A DNA stretch of 46,703 nt from an uncultured Bacteroidales bacterium (GCA_964646985.1 CAZYFI010000002.1:1-46703), one strand, 5' to 3'. Shown: positions 25,583 to 35,330, counted from the first letter of the stretch. The notes: generated by a model from the sequence alone, not told the origin. A program made the numbers and translations.

Positions 25583-26515
25583 TCACACCGTATTATCTTT
25601 CTCAAAGACTTTGCGAAGGGTTAAGGCAATGGTTGCCATAAATACCGTGTATATCAGTGCAATTGCACTGGAATATCCTACATCCCGGAAGTTAATCCCT
25701 TGCAAGTAAATGTAATATGACATGGTTAGAGTGCGATCAATTGGACCTCCGCGCGTCATTATCATCGGTTGCGTTATCAACCGAAAGGCACCAATCATCA
25801 TCGTGATTAAGACAAATGAGAATGTTGGTTTGATACTCGGAAGCGTAATTCGCCAAAATTGTTGCAATTTGTTGGCTCCATCCATGCTTGAAGCTTCATA
25901 TAATTCCTTCGGAATGTTTTTTAAAGCCGACAAGAAAATGAGCATTTGATATCCTGCACCTTGCCAAGCTGAGATCATAATAATTAAATTCATTGCTTGA
26001 TCTGGATCACTCAAAAACAACTGTCGCGATAGTCCGATGCTTTCCAACAAAGCATTGATTAAACCATCTTGCTCGTTTAATAAATTAATCCATAGCATGG
26101 AGGTTACCGCCAAAGAAAGCATGGTCGGAACAAAGAATGCCCACCGGAAAAAAGTATTGCCTTTCATCGGTTTATTTAAAATCAGCGCCAGAATCAAAGC
26201 CGCTCCCAATTGTAGAGGAATCACTTTCAAAACAAACTCCATCGTGTTTTTAAAAGCCTGAATCAGAATTTTATCTTGAAAAGCATTTTTAAAATTGGTA
26301 AATCCAATGAACTTCGTTTGATTGAGTTGCAATAAATTGGCATCGGTAAAAGAATAAGCTAACGAGATAACAATCGGCATAATCACAAAAATGATACCTA
26401 AAATAACGGCAGGTAACAAAAAACTCCAACCAATGATCGTATCGGATGTTCGATATGTTTTTCCAAACAATTTATAATACATTCGTAATTTTGGTTTTTT
26501 TACAGAGCCTACCAT
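25583..26515 (-). CDS. Carbohydrate ABC transporter permease (MalF/MsmF-like)
   Basis: EAA loop ELYEASSMDGANKLQQFWRITLP. RBS AGAGGTG upstream. Confidence 0.85.
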   Translation of the reverse strand: MVGSVKKPKLRMYYKLFGKTYRTSDTIIGWSFLLPAVILGIIFVIMPIVISLAYSFTDANLLQLNQTKFIGFTNFKNAFQDKILIQAFKNTMEFVLKVIPLQLGAALILALILNKPMKGNTFFRWAFFVPTMLSLAVTSMLWINLLNEQDGLINALLESIGLSRQLFLSDPDQAMNLIIMISAWQGAGYQMLIFLSALKNIPKELYEASSMDGANKLQQFWRITLPSIKPTFSFVLITMMIGAFRLITQPMIMTRGGPIDRTLTMSYYIYLQGINFRDVGYSSAIALIYTVFMATIALTLRKVFEKDNTV

Positions 26516-26529
26516 TGTTCACCTCTATT

Positions 26530-27879
26530 TTAATTATCGATTTGAGCAACTTGGGTATCAATATAATCCTCAAGATCATATTCTGAAGTTCCATACATGG
26601 TTTCAATGTATTCAATAATTTTACTATAGCTACTACTTACTTTTGGATAGTTCACCATTTTTGGTCTTGGAGTCGCAATTTCTGTTAGGATTGTTGCTAA
26701 TGAACCAAGTGCGCCTGTTTGAAATTCAGTTAAATCAGTTAACAAAGCTTTATGGGTAGGGAATGTTCCGATTGATTCATACATCAATTGACTTCCGGTT
26801 GTACCTGTTAAATATGCAACCGCAATCGCTGCTGATGCTGGATCAGAAGAATTGACCGTCACACCGAACCCCCATGAACCACAACCGGCCACAGGCGTGC
26901 CTTTTGCCGTTCCTTCTGCGAAAACTGGCATCGGCATTATTCCATAGTTAGGAATAAAACTATTATAGTTCTTTTTGATTGTGGAAATATTCCATGGTCC
27001 ATGAATTTCAAAAGCACATTCACCGCCAGCTAAAGCATCGGTATTACTGCCGTTATAAACCCAAGATTCTCCATCACCATCGGGAGCAAAAAACATTTCC
27101 AGGATCTTAATTCCTTTTATGGAATTAGCTGAATTTAGTGCTCCATCTACTACTTCATTCGTACCAAAGAAGCTTCCTCCCGCTGAATAAAGTAAAGACG
27201 AATATAAATACATAACGCCTTCATCGCCACCAAATCCTAAATTTAATTTGATTCGGTACTCAAGATTAGCAGCTTTTAAAGCAACCATTGCTTCCATAAC
27301 ATCAAGCCAAGACCACGGATTGGTAACCGTTCCAAAATCAGCTTCTTCGTAGCCAACTTGTTTTAACAGTTCTTTATTAAAGTACATCCCGGTTGGGGCA
27401 TCCATTCCCGAAAGGGCGTATAATTTTCCATCAATCGTGCTTTGTTCGATAACGCTGTCAACATAACTAGAAGTAATATCAGAAGTTAAATATTGATCAA
27501 TTGGTGCTAAAATTCCAGCATCTGCGTAAGCTGCGATATTGGGAGCATCAACTGCTACGATATCCGGTAGTCCTCCTGATAATATTTCCGCATTAATGGC
27601 TGTTTGTAATGTATCAGAACTATTTTTAAATTCCAATTTCATCTTTAGGATTCGTTTTCCATCAGCAGTTTTGAATTGCTGTTCGTTAAATAATTCAGCA
27701 ATTGTGGAATAAACCATTCCTTCATCTTCTGCTTCTGATTTGTGAACCCAAACTTTAATTACTTTTACTTCATCGGTGTCTTCATCTTCGGCTGGTTTAC
27801 AACCTATGAAAACAAAGAAGCTAAGCAATAGCACTAATCCAGTAATAACAAGTTTCCCAAAGTTTTTCATTTTTTTCAT
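26530..27879 (-). CDS. Carbohydrate ABC transporter substrate-binding lipoprotein (family 1 SBP)
   Basis: Lipobox FVFIGC and an SBP_bac_1-like body. Start is likely ATG 27879 or 27870 (MKKMKNFGK / MKNFGK) behind GAAAGGA. The track start at 27939 looks like an upstream extension. Confidence 0.8.
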   Translation of the reverse strand: MKKMKNFGKLVITGLVLLLSFFVFIGCKPAEDEDTDEVKVIKVWVHKSEAEDEGMVYSTIAELFNEQQFKTADGKRILKMKLEFKNSSDTLQTAINAEILSGGLPDIVAVDAPNIAAYADAGILAPIDQYLTSDITSSYVDSVIEQSTIDGKLYALSGMDAPTGMYFNKELLKQVGYEEADFGTVTNPWSWLDVMEAMVALKAANLEYRIKLNLGFGGDEGVMYLYSSLLYSAGGSFFGTNEVVDGALNSANSIKGIKILEMFFAPDGDGESWVYNGSNTDALAGGECAFEIHGPWNISTIKKNYNSFIPNYGIMPMPVFAEGTAKGTPVAGCGSWGFGVTVNSSDPASAAIAVAYLTGTTGSQLMYESIGTFPTHKALLTDLTEFQTGALGSLATILTEIATPRPKMVNYPKVSSSYSKIIEYIETMYGTSEYDLEDYIDTQVAQIDN

Positions 27880-27958
27880 CCTTTCTGTTGTCATTAAAAA
27901 TGAGAAAATAGTTTGTTTCATGATTATGTTTTGAAACATCTAGAATTTGCATTCTATA

Positions 27959-27972
27959 TGGAAACGATTCCA
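27959..27972. promoter_or_regulatory. LacI-family operator candidate O1 (TGGAAACGATTCCA)
   Basis: 14-mer fits TGNNANCGNTNNCA exactly, with 5-bp perfect arms. It lies in the 5' UTR of the fructan operon. Confidence 0.6.
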
Positions 27973-28014
27973 CTTTGTGCTAAAAAAAGACAAATTATTT
28001 CTCTTTCTTAAATG

Positions 28015-28028
28015 TGGAAACGATTCCT
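28015..28028. promoter_or_regulatory. LacI-family operator candidate O2 (TGGAAACGATTCCT)
   Basis: Identical to O1 at 13 of 14 positions. It starts about 13 nt downstream of the -10 box. The O1-O2 centre-to-centre distance is 56 bp. Confidence 0.6.
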
Positions 28029-28040
28029 CTAGTTGGTTTC

Positions 28041-28069
28041 ATTGTAAACCCTTACAAAATCTTTGTCAA
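28041..28069 (-). promoter_or_regulatory. SigA-type promoter of the fructan operon
   Basis: On the minus strand, TTGACA (28069-28064), a 17-nt spacer, then TACAAT (28046-28041). Confidence 0.65.
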
Positions 28070-28244
28070 GCACTTTTAATAAAAAATATTTTAAATGATT
28101 ACATTAAAAAACAAACCCTTCCAAGGAAGGAACTTATCCATAAACCAAATCAATAAAATTAAGAGAGTGAAATAAAGTAATACGGCTTCAAATTGAAGCG
28201 TCATTATGGAAAAATTAGTAATAATAACGACGCATCATCTAGCA

Positions 28245-28286
28245 AAAATAAAAAGTCCTAGGAATATTTTCAAATATTCCTAGAAC
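28245..28286 (-). terminator. Terminator of the Wzy_C-like/YfhO operon
   Basis: Stem of about 15 bp, gtcctaggaatattt (28255-28269) / aaatattcctagaac (28272-28286), with one wobble. On the minus strand it is followed by a U-run. Confidence 0.7.
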
Positions 28287-28323
28287 TTCTTTATTCAATT
28301 CATGATATGCTTTTTTCCACCAT

Positions 28324-29691
28324 CTAAACAGAATCAATCTGTTCTTTTAGGCCAATAATATATTCTTTTTTTTGAAACACATCTTTTAGTTTGATGCGTG
28401 GTGCATCTTCTAGGTAAGCCGCCAAGATGGCTATGTTTGTCATAATTAAGGGATTATGAAATGTATTGTCCATTAATCCATGAATCATCATTGCAACAAT
28501 CGAAAACAAAACAAAAATATTAAACAAACTATAAGAGAATGCTTTTCGAATCATGGCAAACAACAAAAAAGCAAAGGATAAAAAGCCAACGCTTCCTACT
28601 GTCGCTAGCATTTGCATCACATAGTTGTGATAATGCTTTAACAAAGGCGCATCAAATCCAATTGTTAAATAATGGGCGGCAGTAAATGAGCCCGTGCCTA
28701 ACAGTGGGTTTTGCTTAAACAAGGTCCAGGCATATTGGTATATTTCTAAACGCGCAACATCGTTAAACCATCCACGTTCATCCATTCTTAAAATATATTC
28801 TCGAAAGCCTTCTACCAATTTTTCTTGCGATGAAGCAATAAAGAAGGCTGCAACTCCTAACACAAGCGATGTACCAAAGGTTATCCAAAATAACTTTTTC
28901 TTGTTTGTTTTATCATAATAAATTTTTGAAAAAATTAGAAATGGTACGATTAAAATTGCAAAGGCAATGTATGCGGCTTTGCTTAAAGTAAGCACAAGCA
29001 GTGTTACCAAAGCAATAATCAAAGCCGTAATGAATAAGTGCTTTGGATGTTTGAACAAGTAATAAACAATCAAAGGTAGAATCGTAAGCAAAACCATGGC
29101 AATCGAATTGGTAACTCCCCACCCAAGTTCAATAGACTTATCCCAAGTATACGTGCCTTTAAACCCTAAAATAAAGATGATAAATTCTATAAAGATAGCC
29201 AAGCCAAATAAACTATATGTTTTCGCAAGATATTCTTGATCGCCTTTTTCTTTGCGATTATGAAAATACATGTAAAAATAAACAAAAGCAAAGGTTTGCA
29301 ATACCCCAACAATTCCTTGTTCTAATAATGGTTTGTCTATTGTAATTAACGACAAGATATTAGCCCCCAAATAAACAAAAAAGGCAATTAAAATCAGATC
29401 TTTAAAATGAAATTTTGTTTTCAGAAAACTGATAAAGGCAAAGGGAAGTAATATCCCAACAGCTGCAAAGACGCTGTTGCGATTAAAAGCAAAATAGGTA
29501 TCGCGATAATTGATTAATATTCCTAAAGCAATGGTAACATATACTACTTTTTTTGTTTGAAACAAAGCAATAAACAAGCCAATGGCAATACTAATGGCCA
29601 CAGCTAAAACTTGGCTTTTTAAATACCAAAAGCCAATGGATGCCGCATAGAAAACGATCATGAAATAAGGGCTTTCTAAAAAACGTTTCAC
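28324..29691 (-). CDS. O-antigen ligase/polymerase-like (Wzy_C family) polytopic membrane protein
   Basis: 455 aa with 10 or more TM segments and a large external loop with KHYHNYVMQMLATVGSVGF-type motifs. Its ATG overlaps the yfhO stop (ATGA at 29688-29691). Confidence 0.65.
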   Translation of the reverse strand: MKRFLESPYFMIVFYAASIGFWYLKSQVLAVAISIAIGLFIALFQTKKVVYVTIALGILINYRDTYFAFNRNSVFAAVGILLPFAFISFLKTKFHFKDLILIAFFVYLGANILSLITIDKPLLEQGIVGVLQTFAFVYFYMYFHNRKEKGDQEYLAKTYSLFGLAIFIEFIIFILGFKGTYTWDKSIELGWGVTNSIAMVLLTILPLIVYYLFKHPKHLFITALIIALVTLLVLTLSKAAYIAFAILIVPFLIFSKIYYDKTNKKKLFWITFGTSLVLGVAAFFIASSQEKLVEGFREYILRMDERGWFNDVARLEIYQYAWTLFKQNPLLGTGSFTAAHYLTIGFDAPLLKHYHNYVMQMLATVGSVGFLSFAFLLFAMIRKAFSYSLFNIFVLFSIVAMMIHGLMDNTFHNPLIMTNIAILAAYLEDAPRIKLKDVFQKKEYIIGLKEQIDSV

Positions 29692-32390
29692 TTTTTTTCA
29701 CGCTTCTTTCTTGCGCAAGCACGCTCACAAACGAGGGTAACAACAAGTAGACTGAGTCCTAACATAGATACCAACAAGCCCACTTTCATGCCAACAACTT
29801 CATAGACAAATTCGATGTTGTGATGCCCAGCTTCTAAAAATAAGCCCATGTATCCAATGTTAACTTGCTCAATTTCGGTTTTCACACCATCCACAAAGGC
29901 TGTAAATCCTTGGCTGTATGGCAAAGAAATAAACAACAAGCCATCACTGTTTAAGTCGATTGTCCCAGAAAATCCTTGGCTATGAAATGTGATATCTTCT
30001 AATGTTTCTTGTGCCAAAAGTGAGGTTTTTGTTGCTACATCTGTTACATCATTTACATAGTAACCAATATCAGAAATCGCATAAACTCCTTTATCAAACC
30101 TAATTTTGACTGTTAAATCCCCACTTGGAAAAGCTCCCAAATTGATTAATGGTTCAAAATTATCATGATAAAAAAATGTCCCTTGCGCATAAAGTGTTTC
30201 ACGATAGCGACTGAGTAGTTCGTTGTTTTGATATGCTTCTACATAATAATTGACTTTTTTATTTTCTAGATTTCTAATGTTTTGTGCATGAAAATAGACA
30301 TCATGCCCAAAGACATACGGAATGGTAAATTGAATAATCGCATCTTCACTAGCAATCAATTCATTTTCCTGAAAATGCGCATTGGTTAGACTAAGAGTTG
30401 GAGCAACTTTATTGATTTGATCATAAGAAATAGCAGGCAATTGATCATCATCAAGCAATCCATGCGTCAATAGCAAGTTTTCTCGTTCCACTTCGTTTAA
30501 TCCATCAACAAATTGTTTGCTCACATATTGATGATAAACAAAACCAAAGGGTAAGAAGTGATTGCTTTCATAGACGCTCATATGTTCTAATTCATCGGTG
30601 ATAACCCCACCATTTGCAATGGTTGGATTCTCAACTTTGTTGATGGGAAAACGATCTACAAATAAAAACCCAAAGGGAATTGCTCTTGCATCACTTGCTT
30701 TAATTAACATGAATTTAACTTGATTGATGGCGTTCAAAGCGGTACGATTGTTAAAACCAGTATATCCGACCGTGCTATTTAAATTATAAACATTATAATA
30801 ATCCATCACTTGGCCAATAGAAGAGGATGCCATCGAATTGTATGCATAGGTGCTTTTATACCCATAAACCAAATTGTCGTTTCCCAAGTAGTCACTACGA
30901 AGCACATAACTGCTTTGATCCATACGATAATAAGTATCATCTACAAACATGTCATAGGCTTCTTTGTGATCATATGCGGCAAGATTGGTATTTGTTGTCA
31001 TAGAAAACGTATAAAGTAAACTAACAGCCAAGCCAAAAACAACATAAGAAACAAGCAACCACTTATGAAATGCTTTGATGGAAATAGATTTGACCCAATT
31101 CCATTTTTCTTCTGGTGATTTTTTGATTGTGTAAAGGAGCAACAAAACAAGCATTCCTGCTACTACTTGTACAATCACTTTACCAATTCCACTAAAACGA
31201 TTGGATAAGATAAATCCACCAAAAAACAAAACCATTGATAACCCCAGTCCTACAATCAATTTAACTGGGCTTTTCAAATGAAAGGCATCAATCGTTTCTT
31301 GCTCATCAAACAGTGTTCCAACTGCCAGAGCAACTGGCAATATCAAAATATAACTCCAGCGATTGTTCACATAAGAAAAGACATTCACAGCAAATCCAAA
31401 TAGTGAAATAAATAACATAAGGGAAAAAATGGTAAAGAAAATTGTTTTCCAATCGCGTTTATGCTGAAAAAAGTACACAAGGGCAAATAAGAAAACAAGT
31501 CCATTTCCTATGCTCGAAGTGTAACTTGAACTAATCATCGGAATAAAGAAGGAAGAAATGGTTCCCAAATAATACAAATTATCGTAAATCAAAAGTCCCT
31601 TTGTTTGAGCACGTGACCCAAAATAGACTGCAAGCAATTGTGGTACCAGTACAAATCCGCCAATTAATATTCCTAACCCAAACAAATAGTTAACCAATAA
31701 CCACTTGTTCCTTCTTTTTTCCCATGGTTCTTCTTTTCTTGCTAGCCATAGTTTTATAATAACGAACGCTTCAAATGCAATTGCAGAATAAATACTCAAA
31801 TAAAATTGTGTAATGAATGCGAAAAAAGCACCAACTACCAACCAATAGGCTTTTTTGCCATCCAAGCATTTGCTTGCTCCTAAAAAAATAAGCGGCAACC
31901 ATAAAACCCCATTAATAAACATAGGATGGCGAAATGCAGAATATAATACCGTTACATTAAATACATAAAACAACGCTGAAAGCAAAATGGCTCTTGTACT
32001 TTTTACTTGCGTATATTTCAACAACCAAATAAAAAATATGCCAGCAAAATACAAACGAATGGCAATAAATAGAATGTATTCAAAATGAATCCAACTAATA
32101 GGCAACAAAACCGCGATGATATTCAATGGATCAAACAGAGAATAAAAAGTATAATATGTGAAAATATCGCTTCCCAATCCCAAATCGGGGCGATATATAT
32201 TCAATTCGTTTCCTAAAATAAATTGTTTGATGGCACCAATGTAATCTTGGAAAAAAACGATGTGTTGTGTCAATCCATCAATAAACAATCCCTTTTTGAT
32301 GATCAATGGAAGAGCAATGACCAAAAACAAAGCAAGGAACAACATACTATATTGCCAATAGATATTATTTTTCAGTTTTTTCATCATCAT
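29688..32390 (-). CDS. yfhO: YfhO-family GT-C type membrane glycosyltransferase
   Basis: About 900 aa: many N-terminal TM helices, a large extracytoplasmic C-terminal domain and a terminal TM anchor. Architecture matches bacterial YfhO. Start is probably ATG 32390 (MMMKKLK), 10 nt after AAGGA; the track start is 32414. Confidence 0.7.
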   Translation of the reverse strand: MMMKKLKNNIYWQYSMLFLALFLVIALPLIIKKGLFIDGLTQHIVFFQDYIGAIKQFILGNELNIYRPDLGLGSDIFTYYTFYSLFDPLNIIAVLLPISWIHFEYILFIAIRLYFAGIFFIWLLKYTQVKSTRAILLSALFYVFNVTVLYSAFRHPMFINGVLWLPLIFLGASKCLDGKKAYWLVVGAFFAFITQFYLSIYSAIAFEAFVIIKLWLARKEEPWEKRRNKWLLVNYLFGLGILIGGFVLVPQLLAVYFGSRAQTKGLLIYDNLYYLGTISSFFIPMISSSYTSSIGNGLVFLFALVYFFQHKRDWKTIFFTIFSLMLFISLFGFAVNVFSYVNNRWSYILILPVALAVGTLFDEQETIDAFHLKSPVKLIVGLGLSMVLFFGGFILSNRFSGIGKVIVQVVAGMLVLLLLYTIKKSPEEKWNWVKSISIKAFHKWLLVSYVVFGLAVSLLYTFSMTTNTNLAAYDHKEAYDMFVDDTYYRMDQSSYVLRSDYLGNDNLVYGYKSTYAYNSMASSSIGQVMDYYNVYNLNSTVGYTGFNNRTALNAINQVKFMLIKASDARAIPFGFLFVDRFPINKVENPTIANGGVITDELEHMSVYESNHFLPFGFVYHQYVSKQFVDGLNEVERENLLLTHGLLDDDQLPAISYDQINKVAPTLSLTNAHFQENELIASEDAIIQFTIPYVFGHDVYFHAQNIRNLENKKVNYYVEAYQNNELLSRYRETLYAQGTFFYHDNFEPLINLGAFPSGDLTVKIRFDKGVYAISDIGYYVNDVTDVATKTSLLAQETLEDITFHSQGFSGTIDLNSDGLLFISLPYSQGFTAFVDGVKTEIEQVNIGYMGLFLEAGHHNIEFVYEVVGMKVGLLVSMLGLSLLVVTLVCERACARKKREKK

Positions 32391-32510
32391 TATTTTGAAA
32401 TCCTTATGTAGCATTGTAGCATATTGACCCTCATTTTACAATTATTTGTTTACTAAAAGCCTGAGATTTAGTATAATGTTACTTACGAAGAACCAAAGGA
32501 GCCCGTTAAC

Positions 32511-33422
32511 ATGAAAAAAATATCATTGGTCATTCCCTGTTATAATGAACAAGAAGTCTTGCGACTTACTTATGAAGAATTAATCAAATATTTAAATAAA
32601 GATTATGAATTTCAATTTATTTTAGTAAACGATGGTTCCAAAGACCAAACATTATCGATTATGAAAGATCTTGCAAAACAAGATAATCGCGTGAAATATC
32701 TTACTTTTTCCCGAAACTTTGGAAAAGAAGCCGCTTTATTAGCAGGCTTAGAAGCTGCAAAAAAGACAAACAGCGATGCTGCCATATTGCTTGATGCCGA
32801 TTTACAAGATCCACCTTCTCTCATTCCCCAAATGCTTACCTATTATGAGGAAGGATACAAACACATCTATGCAAAGCATCGAACCCGCGCTGGAGAATCA
32901 AAATTTAAGACGTTTTGTGCTCTTTCTTTTTATAAAGTATATGCACACCTCACTAAAAACAAAACACTTGCGAAAGGTGCAAGAGATTTTTGTTTGCTAG
33001 ACAAACAGGTAATCGATGCTATGCTTGCCATAAAAGATTATAAACGTTTCACAAAAGGCATTTATAATTGGATTGGCTTTGAAAAGAAAGTAATTGAATT
33101 TGATTATGTTCCAAGAGCCGAAGGGACGACAAAATGGAATTTTAAGTCGTTATTTCGTTATGCCATTTTAGGAATCAAACAATTTAGTCAAGTGTATTTG
33201 CTTGTTACTTCATTGTTAATGCTCCTTGCTTTGGGATTTATTGCATATGATGTAATAGACGGTTTTATCAATCAATTTAATTGGCTAAGTTTACGATTAG
33301 ATGTGTTTATGTTTTTTGTGTTTTTAAGCATTCATGTTGTCTTAAAATTAATGTATGACATCCGTGATCAAAGCTTAAATCGTCCAATTTATATCACCGA
33401 GGAAAGCAATATCAATGATTAA
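32511..33422 (+). CDS. GT2 polyprenyl-phosphate glycosyltransferase (CsbB/GtrB-like)
   Basis: LVIPCYNEQE, VNDGSKD and DADLQDPP (DxD) motifs plus two C-terminal TM helices. RBS AAAGGAG. Confidence 0.85.
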   Translation: MKKISLVIPCYNEQEVLRLTYEELIKYLNKDYEFQFILVNDGSKDQTLSIMKDLAKQDNRVKYLTFSRNFGKEAALLAGLEAAKKTNSDAAILLDADLQDPPSLIPQMLTYYEEGYKHIYAKHRTRAGESKFKTFCALSFYKVYAHLTKNKTLAKGARDFCLLDKQVIDAMLAIKDYKRFTKGIYNWIGFEKKVIEFDYVPRAEGTTKWNFKSLFRYAILGIKQFSQVYLLVTSLLMLLALGFIAYDVIDGFINQFNWLSLRLDVFMFFVFLSIHVVLKLMYDIRDQSLNRPIYITEESNIND

Positions 33423-33837
33423 TTTCATCAAAAAGTTCCTTACTAGAAACTTTATTGTTTTTTGCATCATTGGTGTTTTTAACACGTTAATTCACTGGGG
33501 CGTATACTTACTAATCTACAAGCAATCTATTTTGCTAGCAAACACGATTGCGTTTGTTGTTGCTTCTTTGTTTTCTTATTGGGCAAATGCGAAATTCACC
33601 TACCGAGAAAAAACAACATCAAGAACGTTTGTGCTGTCTTTTTTTACATTTTTAGTTAAATTAGGTTTGTCAGACGGTCTTGCTTATCTATTTGAACTTT
33701 GGTTCAATCATATGGGATGGACGGTACTGTTAAAAATCATTCCATTATTCATCACTGTCATTTTATTGCCAATGCAATTTTTAGTGTTTAATAAAATATT
33801 TGTTTCTAAAAAAAATTCCCCAAATGAAAAGCTGTGA
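33415..33837 (+). CDS. GtrA-family membrane protein (putative lipid-linked sugar flippase)
   Basis: 140 aa with four TM helices. Opens FCIIGVFNTLIHWGVYLL, typical of GtrA. Overlaps the GT2 stop by 8 nt. Confidence 0.8.
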   Translation: MINFIKKFLTRNFIVFCIIGVFNTLIHWGVYLLIYKQSILLANTIAFVVASLFSYWANAKFTYREKTTSRTFVLSFFTFLVKLGLSDGLAYLFELWFNHMGWTVLLKIIPLFITVILLPMQFLVFNKIFVSKKNSPNEKL

Positions 33838-33858
33838 AAAACATTTCACAGCTTTTTT
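33827..33858. terminator. Bidirectional terminator between convergent gtrA-like gene and tyrS
   Basis: aaaagctgtgaaa-aac-atttcacagctttttt. The 9-bp core stem gctgtgaaa / tttcacagc is flanked by A- and T-runs. Confidence 0.75.
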
Positions 33859-35118
33859 CTATTGATGCATTACCAAATAATAGTTTTTTTTGCCACGACG
33901 AATGACAGTAAATTGACGATCAATGGCTTTGTCTTTCGAAATGATATAATCTAAACTCGTTATGACATCACCATTGATGCTAATTGCTTTGTTGTTGATA
34001 AATTCTCTTGCTTCTCGTTTAGAAGAAGCCGCCTTTACAAACACAAGAGCATCAATTAAATTCATATCTTCCATGATCGTAACCGAAGGAACATCGCTAA
34101 AACCGACACTTATTTCTTTGGCACTCAAGTTTCCAATTTTTCCACTAAATAAGGCTTCTGACATTTTAATGGCTTGGTTGTATGCTTCTTCGCCATGAAC
34201 CAAACAGACAATTTCTCGTGCTAGCACTTTTTGTGCTTCGCGCAAATGTGGTTCGTTTTTTACTTTTTCTTCGAGGGCTGATATTTGTTCATGTGATAAA
34301 AATGTGTAATACTTCAAAAAACGGATGACATCTAAATCAGCAGTATTAATAAAAAACTGATACATTTCATAAGGCGATGTTTTGTCTTCATCTAGCCAAA
34401 CAGCACCACTTTCTGTTTTTCCAAATTTTGTTCCGTCTGATTTTGTAATCAAAGGTAGTGTTAGTCCAAACACTTTTGCTTCAGGCCCTTCTACTTTTCG
34501 AATTAAATCCATTCCCGCCGTAATGTTTCCCCATTGATCTTGACCACCAATTTGCATTTCACAATGCAAAGATTTATCTTGATACATGTGTAAAAAGTCA
34601 ATGCTTTGCATAATCATGTAAGAGAATTCCAAATAAGTTAAACCATTATCCAAACGTGATTTCACGCTTTCTTTCGCAAGCATTTGATTAATATTAAAAT
34701 GCTTGCCAAATTCACGCCACATTTCAATCGCCGATAATTTGCTTAACCATTCATAGTTATCTAAACAAAAAGCTCCTTCACCATCAAAGACCAAAAAACG
34801 AGCAAATTGTTTTTTAAATAATGCCGCCCATTTGTGAACCGTTTCTACTTCATTCATTTGACGCTCGTTTCTTTTGCCAGAAGGATCGCCAATTAATCCA
34901 GTTCCACCACCTGTTAGAGCAATCACACGGTGTCCAGCACGATAAAAGCGCATTAAAGTAACAATGGGTAGTAGCGACCCAATGTGTAAACTATCCGCTG
35001 TTGGATCAAATCCACAATACAAAGTAATGGGTTTTTCTTCTAGGCGTTTTTCTAATTCTTCTTCGTTAATGATGTCATATACGAGACCACGCCATTTTAA
35101 ATCTTGTAATAAATTCAT
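33859..35118 (-). CDS. tyrS: Tyrosine--tRNA ligase
   Basis: HIGS (HIGH) motif in CGFDPTADSLHIGSL, KFGKT (KMSKS) motif, and a C-terminal S4 domain. Start is ATG 35118 (MNLLQDLKWRG) behind AAGGAGG. Confidence 0.95.
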   Translation of the reverse strand: MNLLQDLKWRGLVYDIINEEELEKRLEEKPITLYCGFDPTADSLHIGSLLPIVTLMRFYRAGHRVIALTGGGTGLIGDPSGKRNERQMNEVETVHKWAALFKKQFARFLVFDGEGAFCLDNYEWLSKLSAIEMWREFGKHFNINQMLAKESVKSRLDNGLTYLEFSYMIMQSIDFLHMYQDKSLHCEMQIGGQDQWGNITAGMDLIRKVEGPEAKVFGLTLPLITKSDGTKFGKTESGAVWLDEDKTSPYEMYQFFINTADLDVIRFLKYYTFLSHEQISALEEKVKNEPHLREAQKVLAREIVCLVHGEEAYNQAIKMSEALFSGKIGNLSAKEISVGFSDVPSVTIMEDMNLIDALVFVKAASSKREAREFINNKAISINGDVITSLDYIISKDKAIDRQFTVIRRGKKNYYLVMHQ

Positions 35119-35135
35119 ATATCCTCCTTTAAACA

Positions 35136-35328
35136 TAAAAGTCCTTAAGAAAAAATCCTAAGGACGAAATAAATCCGCGGTACCACCTTAGTTTTTAGAT
35201 TGCTCTAAACCCTCTTGTTATCTATTAGCTCACAAGTTGTAATTCCCGAACAATAAGCTTTGAATTTTCACCAACCATTCAAATCTCTAAAACTGCTTAT
35301 AAATTCAGTACTCATACTTGCTCAAACG
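35136..35328 (-). promoter_or_regulatory. T-box riboswitch leader, Tyr specifier (UAC)
   Basis: On the minus strand: AAGGTGGTACCGCGG (35175-35189), terminator gtccttagg/cttaaggac (35141-35165) plus a U-run, a GAGCAAGTA stem-I element, and candidate specifier GAAU-UAC-A at 35239-35241. Confidence 0.85.
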
Positions 35329-35330
35329 CT

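Noticed and set aside
27959-28028. The two TGGAAACGATTCC sites as CcpA cre boxes
   Set aside because: They fit the general LacI/GalR pattern but violate the W positions of the cre consensus. A local LacI regulator is encoded in the locus. CcpA binding cannot be fully excluded.
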